Source: a virus
Length of the DNA stretch: 62,611 nucleotides
Strand: one strand, 5' to 3'
Virus record (IMG/VR): IMGVR_UViG_3300045747_000156
Location: 1-62,611 of that record
Each line of letters starts with the position of its first letter. Position 1 is the first letter of the stretch. Shown in pieces: positions 7,391 through 15,344 of this stretch. Made by a program: the position numbers and the translations under genes. Under the pieces are notes generated by a model. The model was not told the DNA's origin and made no database searches. It was given only the letters and a program-made list of their open reading frames with translations.

Positions 7391-8944
7391 ATGGCAGATG
7401 ATACAGGCGCATTAGGTTCAGCATTTGACGCACCGGGCGGAAAGTCCGTTGCTAGGTCCTTGGCATTCGGTCCTGGATCTATGCAGGGAGATTTGTCTGG
7501 CGTGCTCTCTCAGCTAGTAGACCCAGAGCGCTCGCGCCAAACTGAGAACAAAGCCTTTTGGGCTGGGATGACAGCTCCGAGCATGGGTCCAGGCTTCTCC
7601 ACCGGAAACGCGATGGCTGCTGAGGTGGCTGCTCGTGAGAATCAGGACAAGCTGCGTGCAGCTTACATCCCGATGATCATGCAGTCGATCACGGCCCAAC
7701 GTGCCAACGAGCTTGGCTATGCGAAGTTCGCTCAGGATCGTATGGAGAAGACCACTCCTCTGATCAACTCTGCCCTCTACGGCATGCAGGCAGACGGCAA
7801 GACGCCGTCTATTCAAGAGGCTCATAAGCGTATCGACGATGTCGGCGCCATGTTTGGCATGGGACAGCAAGAGATGTTCCCACATCATATGGCTTTGCAT
7901 CGTGGCGCTGGTGAAGACGGTTCTAAGATCGGTGACTATCTGCAACAGTTGCGAGTCTCCGCCGCTCCTGCAGAGGCTGGCGTCACCAAGTTCAACACCA
8001 ACGCTGCCGGTCAGATCACCCCAACCAATGCCGTCACAGGTACGGTTGGAACAGAAGGTCAAGGCGGACACGGTGCAAACCCTACCAAGACATCGGTTGA
8101 GATCGACAAAATGTACCGCCAAGATCCTGGCAAGTACACTGATGACCTCACTGGAGCTGTTTCGTCTTACAATGATATTCTGCAGCGCGGCAATGCAATC
8201 CAATCTAGCTTGAACACGTTCAACCCTGGTAAGTATGCTGCCAACATTGGCGGAGTTGCTGCTGCCACTAAGGACTTGGCAACTCGCTTCCCCAACGTTG
8301 CTACCAAGACTATAAATGACTATGTGACAAGTCTGATGGGATCCAAAGGTGATAAGGCTGATGCAAATCCTCAGGCAGCTTTGCAGTTTGCTGAGAGCTT
8401 GAAGACACAGGAAACTCTGGCTCAGCTGAAGTCGTCGCTTGAAGGTCAGGGCCGCATCGGCCAACAGGAGTTCACTGCATTGAATCGCGCCATGTTGAGC
8501 TCGGCATCTGACCCGGCTGCGTTCCAGAAGTTCATGGACTTCACGCGTGGTCGCGCAGCCAGCGTCACTAACAAACTAAAGGCTTGGGGTGATCACGCGG
8601 CTAAGCATGGTGACAATCTTTCCGTGCCAGCATTTGAGATCCCATGGCAAGTCAACGAGTCTACTCAGCTGATTGGTGGCGGCGGCAAGGACCCACGTTA
8701 CGGTCAGACAGACGTTCCTGCAGGAACCAAGAACCAGGCTGTTCCAAATCCTGCTCAACCCACCGCAGTGACTCCACCGGCGCCACAACCAGCCGCTCAG
8801 CCGGCGCCCGCAAAGCCTCAGGTCAGGCTTGAGGATTACGAGAAGGGCACGCGCGTTGGTCCCACCGGCGTTCCATACGTGATCGAGAACGGCGTGCCAC
8901 GTCCTGCTAAACGCCGTGGTGTCAGCGGTCAAATTACACAATAG
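7391..8944 (+). CDS. Putative internal virion protein with Pro-rich C-terminus
   Basis: Start chosen at MADDTGALGS (ATG 7391, after the upstream stop) rather than the track start 7358. C-terminus PAQPTAVTPPAPQPAAQPAPAKPQ. Confidence 0.45.
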   Translation: MADDTGALGSAFDAPGGKSVARSLAFGPGSMQGDLSGVLSQLVDPERSRQTENKAFWAGMTAPSMGPGFSTGNAMAAEVAARENQDKLRAAYIPMIMQSITAQRANELGYAKFAQDRMEKTTPLINSALYGMQADGKTPSIQEAHKRIDDVGAMFGMGQQEMFPHHMALHRGAGEDGSKIGDYLQQLRVSAAPAEAGVTKFNTNAAGQITPTNAVTGTVGTEGQGGHGANPTKTSVEIDKMYRQDPGKYTDDLTGAVSSYNDILQRGNAIQSSLNTFNPGKYAANIGGVAAATKDLATRFPNVATKTINDYVTSLMGSKGDKADANPQAALQFAESLKTQETLAQLKSSLEGQGRIGQQEFTALNRAMLSSASDPAAFQKFMDFTRGRAASVTNKLKAWGDHAAKHGDNLSVPAFEIPWQVNESTQLIGGGGKDPRYGQTDVPAGTKNQAVPNPAQPTAVTPPAPQPAAQPAPAKPQVRLEDYEKGTRVGPTGVPYVIENGVPRPAKRRGVSGQITQ

Positions 8945-8951
8945 GATAGCC

Positions 8952-11273
8952 ATGACAGACGTAGCCCTGAGATTGGAGGACCTGGCTCCAGAAGACAGGA
9001 CTTCACTGCCGTACAACCACCCACTGCTAGATGACTACGCGGTGCGCATGGCCAAAGAGCACGGTATTGACCCAAGCGTGGTATTGGCCATCAAGAACGC
9101 CGGCGAACGCTCTGGATCCAAGTCCGTGAGTTCTGCCAAAGCGCGCGGTGTCATGCAGACGATCCCGTCGACTCAGAAGGAGATGGGAGTCGAAGACCCC
9201 ACAGATCCTATGCAATCCATCATGGGTGGCGCTAAGTACTTGGCTCAAATCTCCAAGAAGCTCGGCACCACAGACCCTATGGTCATCGCAGCCGCGTACC
9301 ATGCAGGACCATCTTCTAAGCCTGCAACCGGCAATTTCGACGGTTCCCCGGTGACCAAGGCTTACGCTCAGCGCGTCTCTTCTCATGTTAGCCGCAATCC
9401 TTATAAGGACGCGGCTCCTAGCTCATCTCAGGTCTCCTCTGATGTTCCTACCTTGCCTCCTGGGGTCAGTTTAGACGACCTTACCGACGACGACAAGGCT
9501 GCTTTCTTGGCCTCTGCCCGTAAAAAGGATCCCATGCTGGACCCCACAAGCGGCAGCAGCTTTGGCCAGAACGCTCTTGAAGGCGTTGGCAAGTTCTTCT
9601 CCGACACCGGGTCTGGCATCCGTCAGATTGCAGCCAACGTTGCAAACCCAATAACGCAGGCTCTTAGCGGCAAGGACATACTTCCACAAGATTACGAAGG
9701 CGAACGTGAGCGCAAGATCCTTGATGCTCCTCTGATGGACACTGTTGGCGGTAACGTCGGATACGTCGGTGCCGGTGCTGCATCACTTGCAATACCAGGT
9801 GGCGTAGTATCCAAGTTTGCCGGAGCCGGTGCCGCACCGATTGCATCGGCCATGACCAATCCGATAGCGCGAGCCGCGGCCGCTAGGTATTTGCCCGTGG
9901 CTGCGACGGCCGGTGCTTTGTCTACGCTGACTCCAACCACGGCACCTGGTGAACGTGCCACCAATGCTGCTGTGAGCGCTGCTCTTGGGCCTGTCATGGA
10001 TAAAGGCGGTGAATTGATTGGACGCGTTGCGCGCCCAGCTATCAACTGGCTTGGTGACCGTGCTAACCTGGGTCCTCTGCTCCGTAAGAGCTTCAACGCA
10101 ACTGCAACACCGACCGAGCGCCAAGCCGTTGCTCGCGCAGTCATTGAGGACGTTCCAGTATATCCACAGCAGTTGGATAACCCAGGCTCGACCCTGCCTA
10201 AGGGCAAGGCTGATGCTCAGTCAGAAGCTCTGACACGGGCAATGAACTCTACTCATGGATCGTCGTCCAGCGATATTCCTGGTGCTTTGGCAGATAGCCG
10301 CCAGCGCTTAAGTGATGTATATGACTCCATCCTCAACGGCCGCGTCATTCATCTGAATACTCAATCAGGTCCTGCACCTGCCAACGGCATTACGTCCAAC
10401 GGACCAGCATCCCCAAGTAACTTCGTGCAGGGTCTCCAAGACATTCGCAGAAACTATCTTGGCGCTAAGCCGATGAGCACGCCAGACACTGAGTTGCTGA
10501 ACACTATCGACATGGCTATTGCTCATGCTAACAACAGCGGGACATTGACAGGTCGTCAATTCCAGAATTACCTACGGGACTATGCCGCTGGCGCGTCGCG
10601 TGCTCGCAAGTCTGGCATCAGCAACAACGTCATGACTGGTGCACCCGACCACGAGGCGGCTGATGCCTATCATCAACTGATCGGAGCCCTGGAAAACCAG
10701 GCTATGCCTTCCATCCCACAGTGGCAGCAACACGCTTTCCGCCAAGCCAACCGTCAGTTCCGCAACATGAAGACGTTAGAAGGTTTGGCACCTGCTGACA
10801 TCAGCGCAGACTTCAACCCAACGACTGTTGCCCGTAAGCTGCAGCGCACTCCAGGCATGACGTTTGATCAAGGCGATCCAACACTACAGGACCTCGCTAG
10901 GTTCGGTGCAACGTTCATGGGAATGGACGCCAACACCGGCAAACAGAGTCTGTGGCAGCAAGGTAAGAAGTTCGCCAAGACAGCGGCTCCGTACATTGCC
11001 ACGGGCTTAGGTGAAGGTGCTATCATCGCATCTGGCCAAGGTCACAACGAGGATGATGGCGTCCTGACAAAGGTTGCCAAGGCCTCGGTCCTGCCCCTAG
11101 CTGTCATGGGTGCCGCAGCAGCAGGCCGCGGGTCACTCAACAAGCGCATAGGACTCAGTCAATTGAACGAGCCTCGCGGTGCTCTGGCAGACTTGACTAG
11201 AATTCTGCAGACATCCCCAGGTGTAGCAGCGGCTATAGCCCAGCAACGTGACATGGGAGACCGCGAGCAATGA
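8952..11273 (+). CDS. Internal virion protein with N-terminal lytic transglycosylase (SLT) domain
   Basis: AIKNAGERSGS...ARGVMQTIPSTQKEMGV...GGAKYLAQISKKLG...AAAYHAGP matches the SLT motif order (E-S, GLMQ, AYNAGP). Start MTDVAL at 8952 with agga 5 nt upstream. Confidence 0.7.
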   Translation: MTDVALRLEDLAPEDRTSLPYNHPLLDDYAVRMAKEHGIDPSVVLAIKNAGERSGSKSVSSAKARGVMQTIPSTQKEMGVEDPTDPMQSIMGGAKYLAQISKKLGTTDPMVIAAAYHAGPSSKPATGNFDGSPVTKAYAQRVSSHVSRNPYKDAAPSSSQVSSDVPTLPPGVSLDDLTDDDKAAFLASARKKDPMLDPTSGSSFGQNALEGVGKFFSDTGSGIRQIAANVANPITQALSGKDILPQDYEGERERKILDAPLMDTVGGNVGYVGAGAASLAIPGGVVSKFAGAGAAPIASAMTNPIARAAAARYLPVAATAGALSTLTPTTAPGERATNAAVSAALGPVMDKGGELIGRVARPAINWLGDRANLGPLLRKSFNATATPTERQAVARAVIEDVPVYPQQLDNPGSTLPKGKADAQSEALTRAMNSTHGSSSSDIPGALADSRQRLSDVYDSILNGRVIHLNTQSGPAPANGITSNGPASPSNFVQGLQDIRRNYLGAKPMSTPDTELLNTIDMAIAHANNSGTLTGRQFQNYLRDYAAGASRARKSGISNNVMTGAPDHEAADAYHQLIGALENQAMPSIPQWQQHAFRQANRQFRNMKTLEGLAPADISADFNPTTVARKLQRTPGMTFDQGDPTLQDLARFGATFMGMDANTGKQSLWQQGKKFAKTAAPYIATGLGEGAIIASGQGHNEDDGVLTKVAKASVLPLAVMGAAAAGRGSLNKRIGLSQLNEPRGALADLTRILQTSPGVAAAIAQQRDMGDREQ

Positions 11274-12457
11274 GCAAGACCACTTTATTCAAGAATTTAG
11301 CCGGTGCTTTGTCACGGGCCTATGAAGATGTCGGCAGCAAGTGGGGCGGCAACCACGAAGTGCTATTTGACCGCCTAGGCTCCTTCTACAAAGGGCTGAC
11401 ACATGACCCTGAGTACTTTGCTACTAGCAAGGTGGTCCCTCAATCTGGTGATGACGTGCGCATCATGCGCGAACTTGAGCGGAAGCACGGACTTGGACAG
11501 GGAGATCTCCGCCTAGAATATGATGGTGGTTTACTACATCGACCATCAGGAGCCTCCATAGGAAACACTGGAGAGACACCGAACGAGATCAGATCCTACA
11601 TCTCAAAGAACGCACCTCCACCGTGGGGATACCTATCCCGCGAAGAGAAGCTGAAGTTCTCAGAAGCCGGTCGCTTAAACCCGGAATTGCCATTCTGGGA
11701 AATGGACATGATGGGAGCAGACAAAGGTTCAGGCACCGCTAAAACGCTGTATCCATTGTTTACTGATTGGATCATGGCCCATCCAGGAACCGGTGCGCGC
11801 ACTGTAGGCTTAACTGAGGCCAATGCTCAAAAGCGTGGCGTGTATCAGGCACAGGCTCTTGAGAAGTACGGTCCCGCGATGCTCAATAGAATCCAGAATG
11901 ATGCGGCTCAGCTGGACAACAGCTGGGGAACATCTGGCAACCACGCGACCATGCTTGGGATGGATACTCAGGGTCAGATAGGGGCCTACAATGCTCTTCT
12001 AGCTCAGCGCACCAATGAGAAACTACGTGACCTTCTGAAGCTGGGTAAGGAAGAGCACGGTACGTTGGACTTCAGCAAGGCCATGGAAGCCGAGATGCCA
12101 GAAGACATGCGATCGATGAATGAAAACTCTTTGCTGCGCCATGAGCTTTTAACCAAAGCCTTAGGCCGAGCTAGAATGTTTGGGCTTGACAAGCCGTCGG
12201 TCAACATGGATTTCCCGGCCGCTCAATCTATCATCAACGATCTGTCCAAGGGAATCTCCCAACCCATACCAGTGGGCCAGGATTCTCTGCGCCGTGCTGC
12301 TATCACTAACAGCTACGTGCAGGATCCTGGATTAGACATGGGAGACCTCATGGGAACTCCAATAGTCAAAGCACTTGCTCGCGCTAAAGGAGGTTCCGTG
12401 ACGACTCACCATACACACGCCGGGCCGTTGACACAGTGCTCGTGTGGAGCAAAATAG
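11270..12457 (+). CDS. Hypothetical late protein (last gene of the plus arm; ARAKGGSV motif near the C-terminus)
   Basis: 395 aa. ATGA overlap with the upstream gene. The 3' end overlaps the convergent minus-strand gene by 74 nt. Confidence 0.5.
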   Translation: MSKTTLFKNLAGALSRAYEDVGSKWGGNHEVLFDRLGSFYKGLTHDPEYFATSKVVPQSGDDVRIMRELERKHGLGQGDLRLEYDGGLLHRPSGASIGNTGETPNEIRSYISKNAPPPWGYLSREEKLKFSEAGRLNPELPFWEMDMMGADKGSGTAKTLYPLFTDWIMAHPGTGARTVGLTEANAQKRGVYQAQALEKYGPAMLNRIQNDAAQLDNSWGTSGNHATMLGMDTQGQIGAYNALLAQRTNEKLRDLLKLGKEEHGTLDFSKAMEAEMPEDMRSMNENSLLRHELLTKALGRARMFGLDKPSVNMDFPAAQSIINDLSKGISQPIPVGQDSLRRAAITNSYVQDPGLDMGDLMGTPIVKALARAKGGSVTTHHTHAGPLTQCSCGAK

Positions 12458-13265
12458 TCTTGGTCCCGTTGTAGCCTCCGGCTAGGTTGAAGACGCAAGG
12501 TACTTCGTTGTCGAAGCAGTATTTGAAGATGATCTCATCACGGTACTTCCACTCGTCATCGTTAAGATACCCGGCCATGTACGGGTCATCCTCATGTGAA
12601 TCGGCGCCTGCTTGATAGAGCACCGCGTCCCACTGCTTAAGACCTAGAGCGTGGCGCAGAGCGGCGAAAGACTTTCCTGCGTCACCTCCTGTAGATCCTT
12701 TGTCAAGCGAGCACTGATGCAGCCAATCGCGCCCACCTATTGTGATAAGGTCATCAGTACCGTCACCCCAGTGGCCATCGCCGTCAATGATAAGGACATT
12801 GGCACCGATAATCTTTTTGCGGACGGCGTCAGCAGCTAGTACTAGTCCATTAAAAGTGCAATAACCACCACCGTAAGCATACCCAGAATGATGGAATCCT
12901 GATACTGGAGCAAACACTGGGCTTGGGATACCTGCGTGAGCTGCTGCCAATGCTGTAATAGCCGCGTCGCGCATGATGACGCATGAGTGAGCTGAGTGGT
13001 CGTTGACCTTCGGATTGTCGATTCCATAACCATTGGGCTTAGTCCCGAGAAACACGTCGTGAACATAGCTTGAATCATGGATCTCCATCAGGTCTAAAAT
13101 TGCTTGATCTTCAGCGTATTTGGACGTCAGGATGATGTCCGATACAATATTGCGTGTGACATCGAAGACGGCCTTACCTTTTGATAAGTTAGGCGCGCCT
13201 TCGACTGGTGATGGTGGGTTATAAATGATCATGCATTGATTATAATGCACTTCCATCCGCTGCAA
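12384..13265 (-). CDS. HDAC / AcuC / acetylpolyamine-amidohydrolase family Zn-dependent deacetylase
   Basis: All family signatures occur in order: SGFHHSG (His-His), GYCTFNG, IIDGDGHWGDGT (Asp/His Zn ligands), YQAGADSHEDDP (Asp ligand), LAGGYN (catalytic Tyr). The start may be the internal Met at 13232 (MIIYNPP). Confidence 0.75.
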   Translation of the reverse strand: MQRMEVHYNQCMIIYNPPSPVEGAPNLSKGKAVFDVTRNIVSDIILTSKYAEDQAILDLMEIHDSSYVHDVFLGTKPNGYGIDNPKVNDHSAHSCVIMRDAAITALAAAHAGIPSPVFAPVSGFHHSGYAYGGGYCTFNGLVLAADAVRKKIIGANVLIIDGDGHWGDGTDDLITIGGRDWLHQCSLDKGSTGGDAGKSFAALRHALGLKQWDAVLYQAGADSHEDDPYMAGYLNDDEWKYRDEIIFKYCFDNEVPCVFNLAGGYNGTKTILLHTSTVSTARRVYGESSRNLL

Positions 13266-13734
13266 ATGTGTATTTGAAATCCAATTTCATCCACTTGCGG
13301 CCTGAGCTCTCCCACAGAGCCCTGGCTTCGGAGTGAGGATATTCCTCTAAGAACATGATCGTTTGGCACGATGTGTTCAGCAGCAGTTTAGTACACGTCA
13401 TGCAAGGGCTTGCTGTCACGTACGCGGTGTCTATGGAATAGACGTCTTTACACTGAAGCAGAGCATTCTGCTCGGCGTGTATCGATTGGCACCCGTCAAG
13501 GTTCGCACCACTAGGAGAGTGAGCCCCGGAGCAGGCGTGCGGAAACCCTATTGGATGAAACATGTCATGATGGTTGCAGTGAGGCTGCCCAGAAGCGACC
13601 CCATTGTAGCCGGTAGCAAGCACGTGGCCGCGACCGTTTACCAACACTGCACCAACCTTGCGGCGGATGCAGGTGGCGCGCTGGGCTGTCACCACCGCCA
13701 TGGCCATTGCCCATGAGTGGCGATCAGGCCGCAT
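13240..13734 (-). CDS. dCMP (deoxycytidylate) deaminase
   Basis: HAEQNAL and PCMTCTKLL zinc motifs. N-terminus RHSWAMAMAVVTAQRATCIRRKVGAVLV is typical of ComEB/dCMP deaminases. Start chosen at Met 13734. Confidence 0.85.
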   Translation of the reverse strand: MRPDRHSWAMAMAVVTAQRATCIRRKVGAVLVNGRGHVLATGYNGVASGQPHCNHHDMFHPIGFPHACSGAHSPSGANLDGCQSIHAEQNALLQCKDVYSIDTAYVTASPCMTCTKLLLNTSCQTIMFLEEYPHSEARALWESSGRKWMKLDFKYTFAADGSAL

Positions 13735-14539
13735 CCGTAGCTCCAACACCGGTTGCTTCCCACCACCGATACGCGTCACCAGGACTGGATTCACGTAGGA
13801 GTTTAAGACGCCTCATCAAGGCTTCCTCGTCGGTATAGAGGTGACTAGGAGTCAATGCTATGCGAGGCATGAGCCGGCCATCGGTCTCACTCAGTAGGGT
13901 CTTGGCCTCTTTCCAATTCTTGTCATACAGATGGCAAGAAGCCGCGGTCAAGAACAATGTTCCTGGTTGCACTGCCCGCTCATGCTTCTGCAAAAGGCGT
14001 GCACAGATCAAGTGGGCCAGCATGCTGAAGTTAAACACGTCGTACGGAAGACCGAGCCAAACGTCAGACGAACGCATGAACACGTGCATGTTCAGCTTGC
14101 CATCACGCATCGACGCGAAGATCGACACGGTGCACGGCACGTCCTTTGTCTGAGGTGGATTCTCACGCCAAATTGTCAATCCAGCCTGGCGAGTATCTGG
14201 ATCTTCGTGCAACTTTCGCACCACGTAGTCCAGTTGCCCGATAACCTTTGGGCCGTAGGCGCCAAAGAACGTCGTGCCGTCGTCACTGAAGTTGGCGATA
14301 TGCTTGTTCCAAGGACTGATGCCCGCAACGGTGTCGTCACCGCTGAGAATCCAGTAGGCTTCAGCTGCCAAGAACCGGTAACTGAGTTTGCGCTCGCGGA
14401 TAGTCAAGACTGGGTGCCTCATGTCCACAATGGTCGTGTGTTGAGGTACCTCCAGGGTGTCGTGGTTTCGCGGACTCACCAACGTCCCATGCATGAACAA
14501 CTCAGACAGCGTATTCAACCAAGCTATATTCATGTTCAT
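13724..14539 (-). CDS. Thymidylate-synthase-family pyrimidine C5 transferase; Asp at the base-specificity position predicts dCMP hydroxymethylase or dCMP methylase
   Basis: Gapless match from the catalytic Cys: VPCTVSIFASMRDGKLNMHVFMRSSDVWLGLPYD versus E. coli ThyA [34 protein letters not shown]. Cys136 codon at 14132-14134; Asp167 codon GAC at 14039-14041, where ThyA has Asn177 and T4 gp42 has Asp179. Confidence 0.75.
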   Translation of the reverse strand: MNMNIAWLNTLSELFMHGTLVSPRNHDTLEVPQHTTIVDMRHPVLTIRERKLSYRFLAAEAYWILSGDDTVAGISPWNKHIANFSDDGTTFFGAYGPKVIGQLDYVVRKLHEDPDTRQAGLTIWRENPPQTKDVPCTVSIFASMRDGKLNMHVFMRSSDVWLGLPYDVFNFSMLAHLICARLLQKHERAVQPGTLFLTAASCHLYDKNWKEAKTLLSETDGRLMPRIALTPSHLYTDEEALMRRLKLLRESSPGDAYRWWEATGVGATDAA

Positions 14540-14913
14540 GCTTTGCTCCTTGTATCCGCCAAGAAGAAGCCTGCGTAGTTGATGATGTCCAACGCGGTAT
14601 CGTTCAGCCCTTCGAAGTTGACGTCCTTGCCCTCAGCAACCTTGCGGGTGATCGACACAAAGCGCTCAGACTTCGTATGGAGCATTTGAGCATAGCTCAC
14701 TGCACCAAATGGGAAGTAGCCTGTGCGGTCAATCGTGTGCAGGTTCTGAGACGCACCATGGTTGTAATCGGCAGACTTCTTTGCGCACAGCAGAGCCGCG
14801 TCAGCGAGAGCGCCTGGATGGCCACCACGAATCGAGAGCTCTTGGAGCATCTCGACAGTGGAAAGCCTAGATGCGGCGGTCGGTGCCGCCACTATAGATT
14901 TAGGCGTGGCCAT
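14536..14913 (-). CDS. DUF1599-like (nucleotide-modification-associated, all-alpha) protein
   Basis: Pattern KSADYNHGAS...GAVSYAQMLHTKSERFVSI...LNDTALDIINYAGFF resembles DUF1599 as I recall it. ATGA/TAATG coupling to both neighbours. Confidence 0.5.
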   Translation of the reverse strand: MATPKSIVAAPTAASRLSTVEMLQELSIRGGHPGALADAALLCAKKSADYNHGASQNLHTIDRTGYFPFGAVSYAQMLHTKSERFVSITRKVAEGKDVNFEGLNDTALDIINYAGFFLADTRSKA

Positions 14914-15344
14914 TATTGATCCTTGCAGTGAGCGTTCAGGATTTCATCGGTCTTGGGACCGACCCAGCCCGGAGGCTTAGCGACATCAATGCCGATGTTG
15001 CGGTGCGTACGACCGACAACCTTTGCCATGTTGGCTCGCTGCACATCCATCCAAAGCTCTTCCCATGGGAGGCCCATTTCGATGGCCGTTCCTTTGGCAA
15101 CGTAGACCAGATCAATGAGGGCATCAGCCATCAGAGCGGCATTGTGGCGTTGGAGACCGACTTTGAATTCGTCGAGCTCTTCCTGCATGAAGCGTACGCG
15201 CTCATATCCACGGTCGACAGTGCAAAACATTGCCGATGGGCGTTGGCCCACTGGTTGCTTGAACTTCTCGTAGAAGGCGCGTACGTCTTCCATCTCGTCA
15301 TAGACGAATTTACGTTTGATGAATGAGATGATTGCTTTGATCAT
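14913..15344 (-). CDS. MazG/HisE-like all-alpha NTP pyrophosphohydrolase (candidate dCTPase/dUTPase)
   Basis: EELDEFKVGLQRHNAALMADALIDLVYVAKGTAIEMG fits the EExxE...D..DL.Y metal-binding helices. Start at 15344 overlaps the upstream TGA (ATGA). Confidence 0.65.
   Translation of the reverse strand: MIKAIISFIKRKFVYDEMEDVRAFYEKFKQPVGQRPSAMFCTVDRGYERVRFMQEELDEFKVGLQRHNAALMADALIDLVYVAKGTAIEMGLPWEELWMDVQRANMAKVVGRTHRNIGIDVAKPPGWVGPKTDEILNAHCKDQ

Noticed and set aside
7514-8464. 316-aa minus-strand ORF
   Set aside because: It lies inside a long plus-strand structural gene, has no start context and has a Cys/Ser/Leu-rich nonsense-like composition. It is a strand-coherence artefact.
13931-14578. 215-aa plus-strand ORF; also 21127-21753, 15503-16006, 16031-16543 and 19161-19736
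   Set aside because: All lie opposite minus-strand genes with clear catalytic motifs (ThyA-like, PolA, MTase, exonuclease) and are embedded in a minus-strand-only arm.
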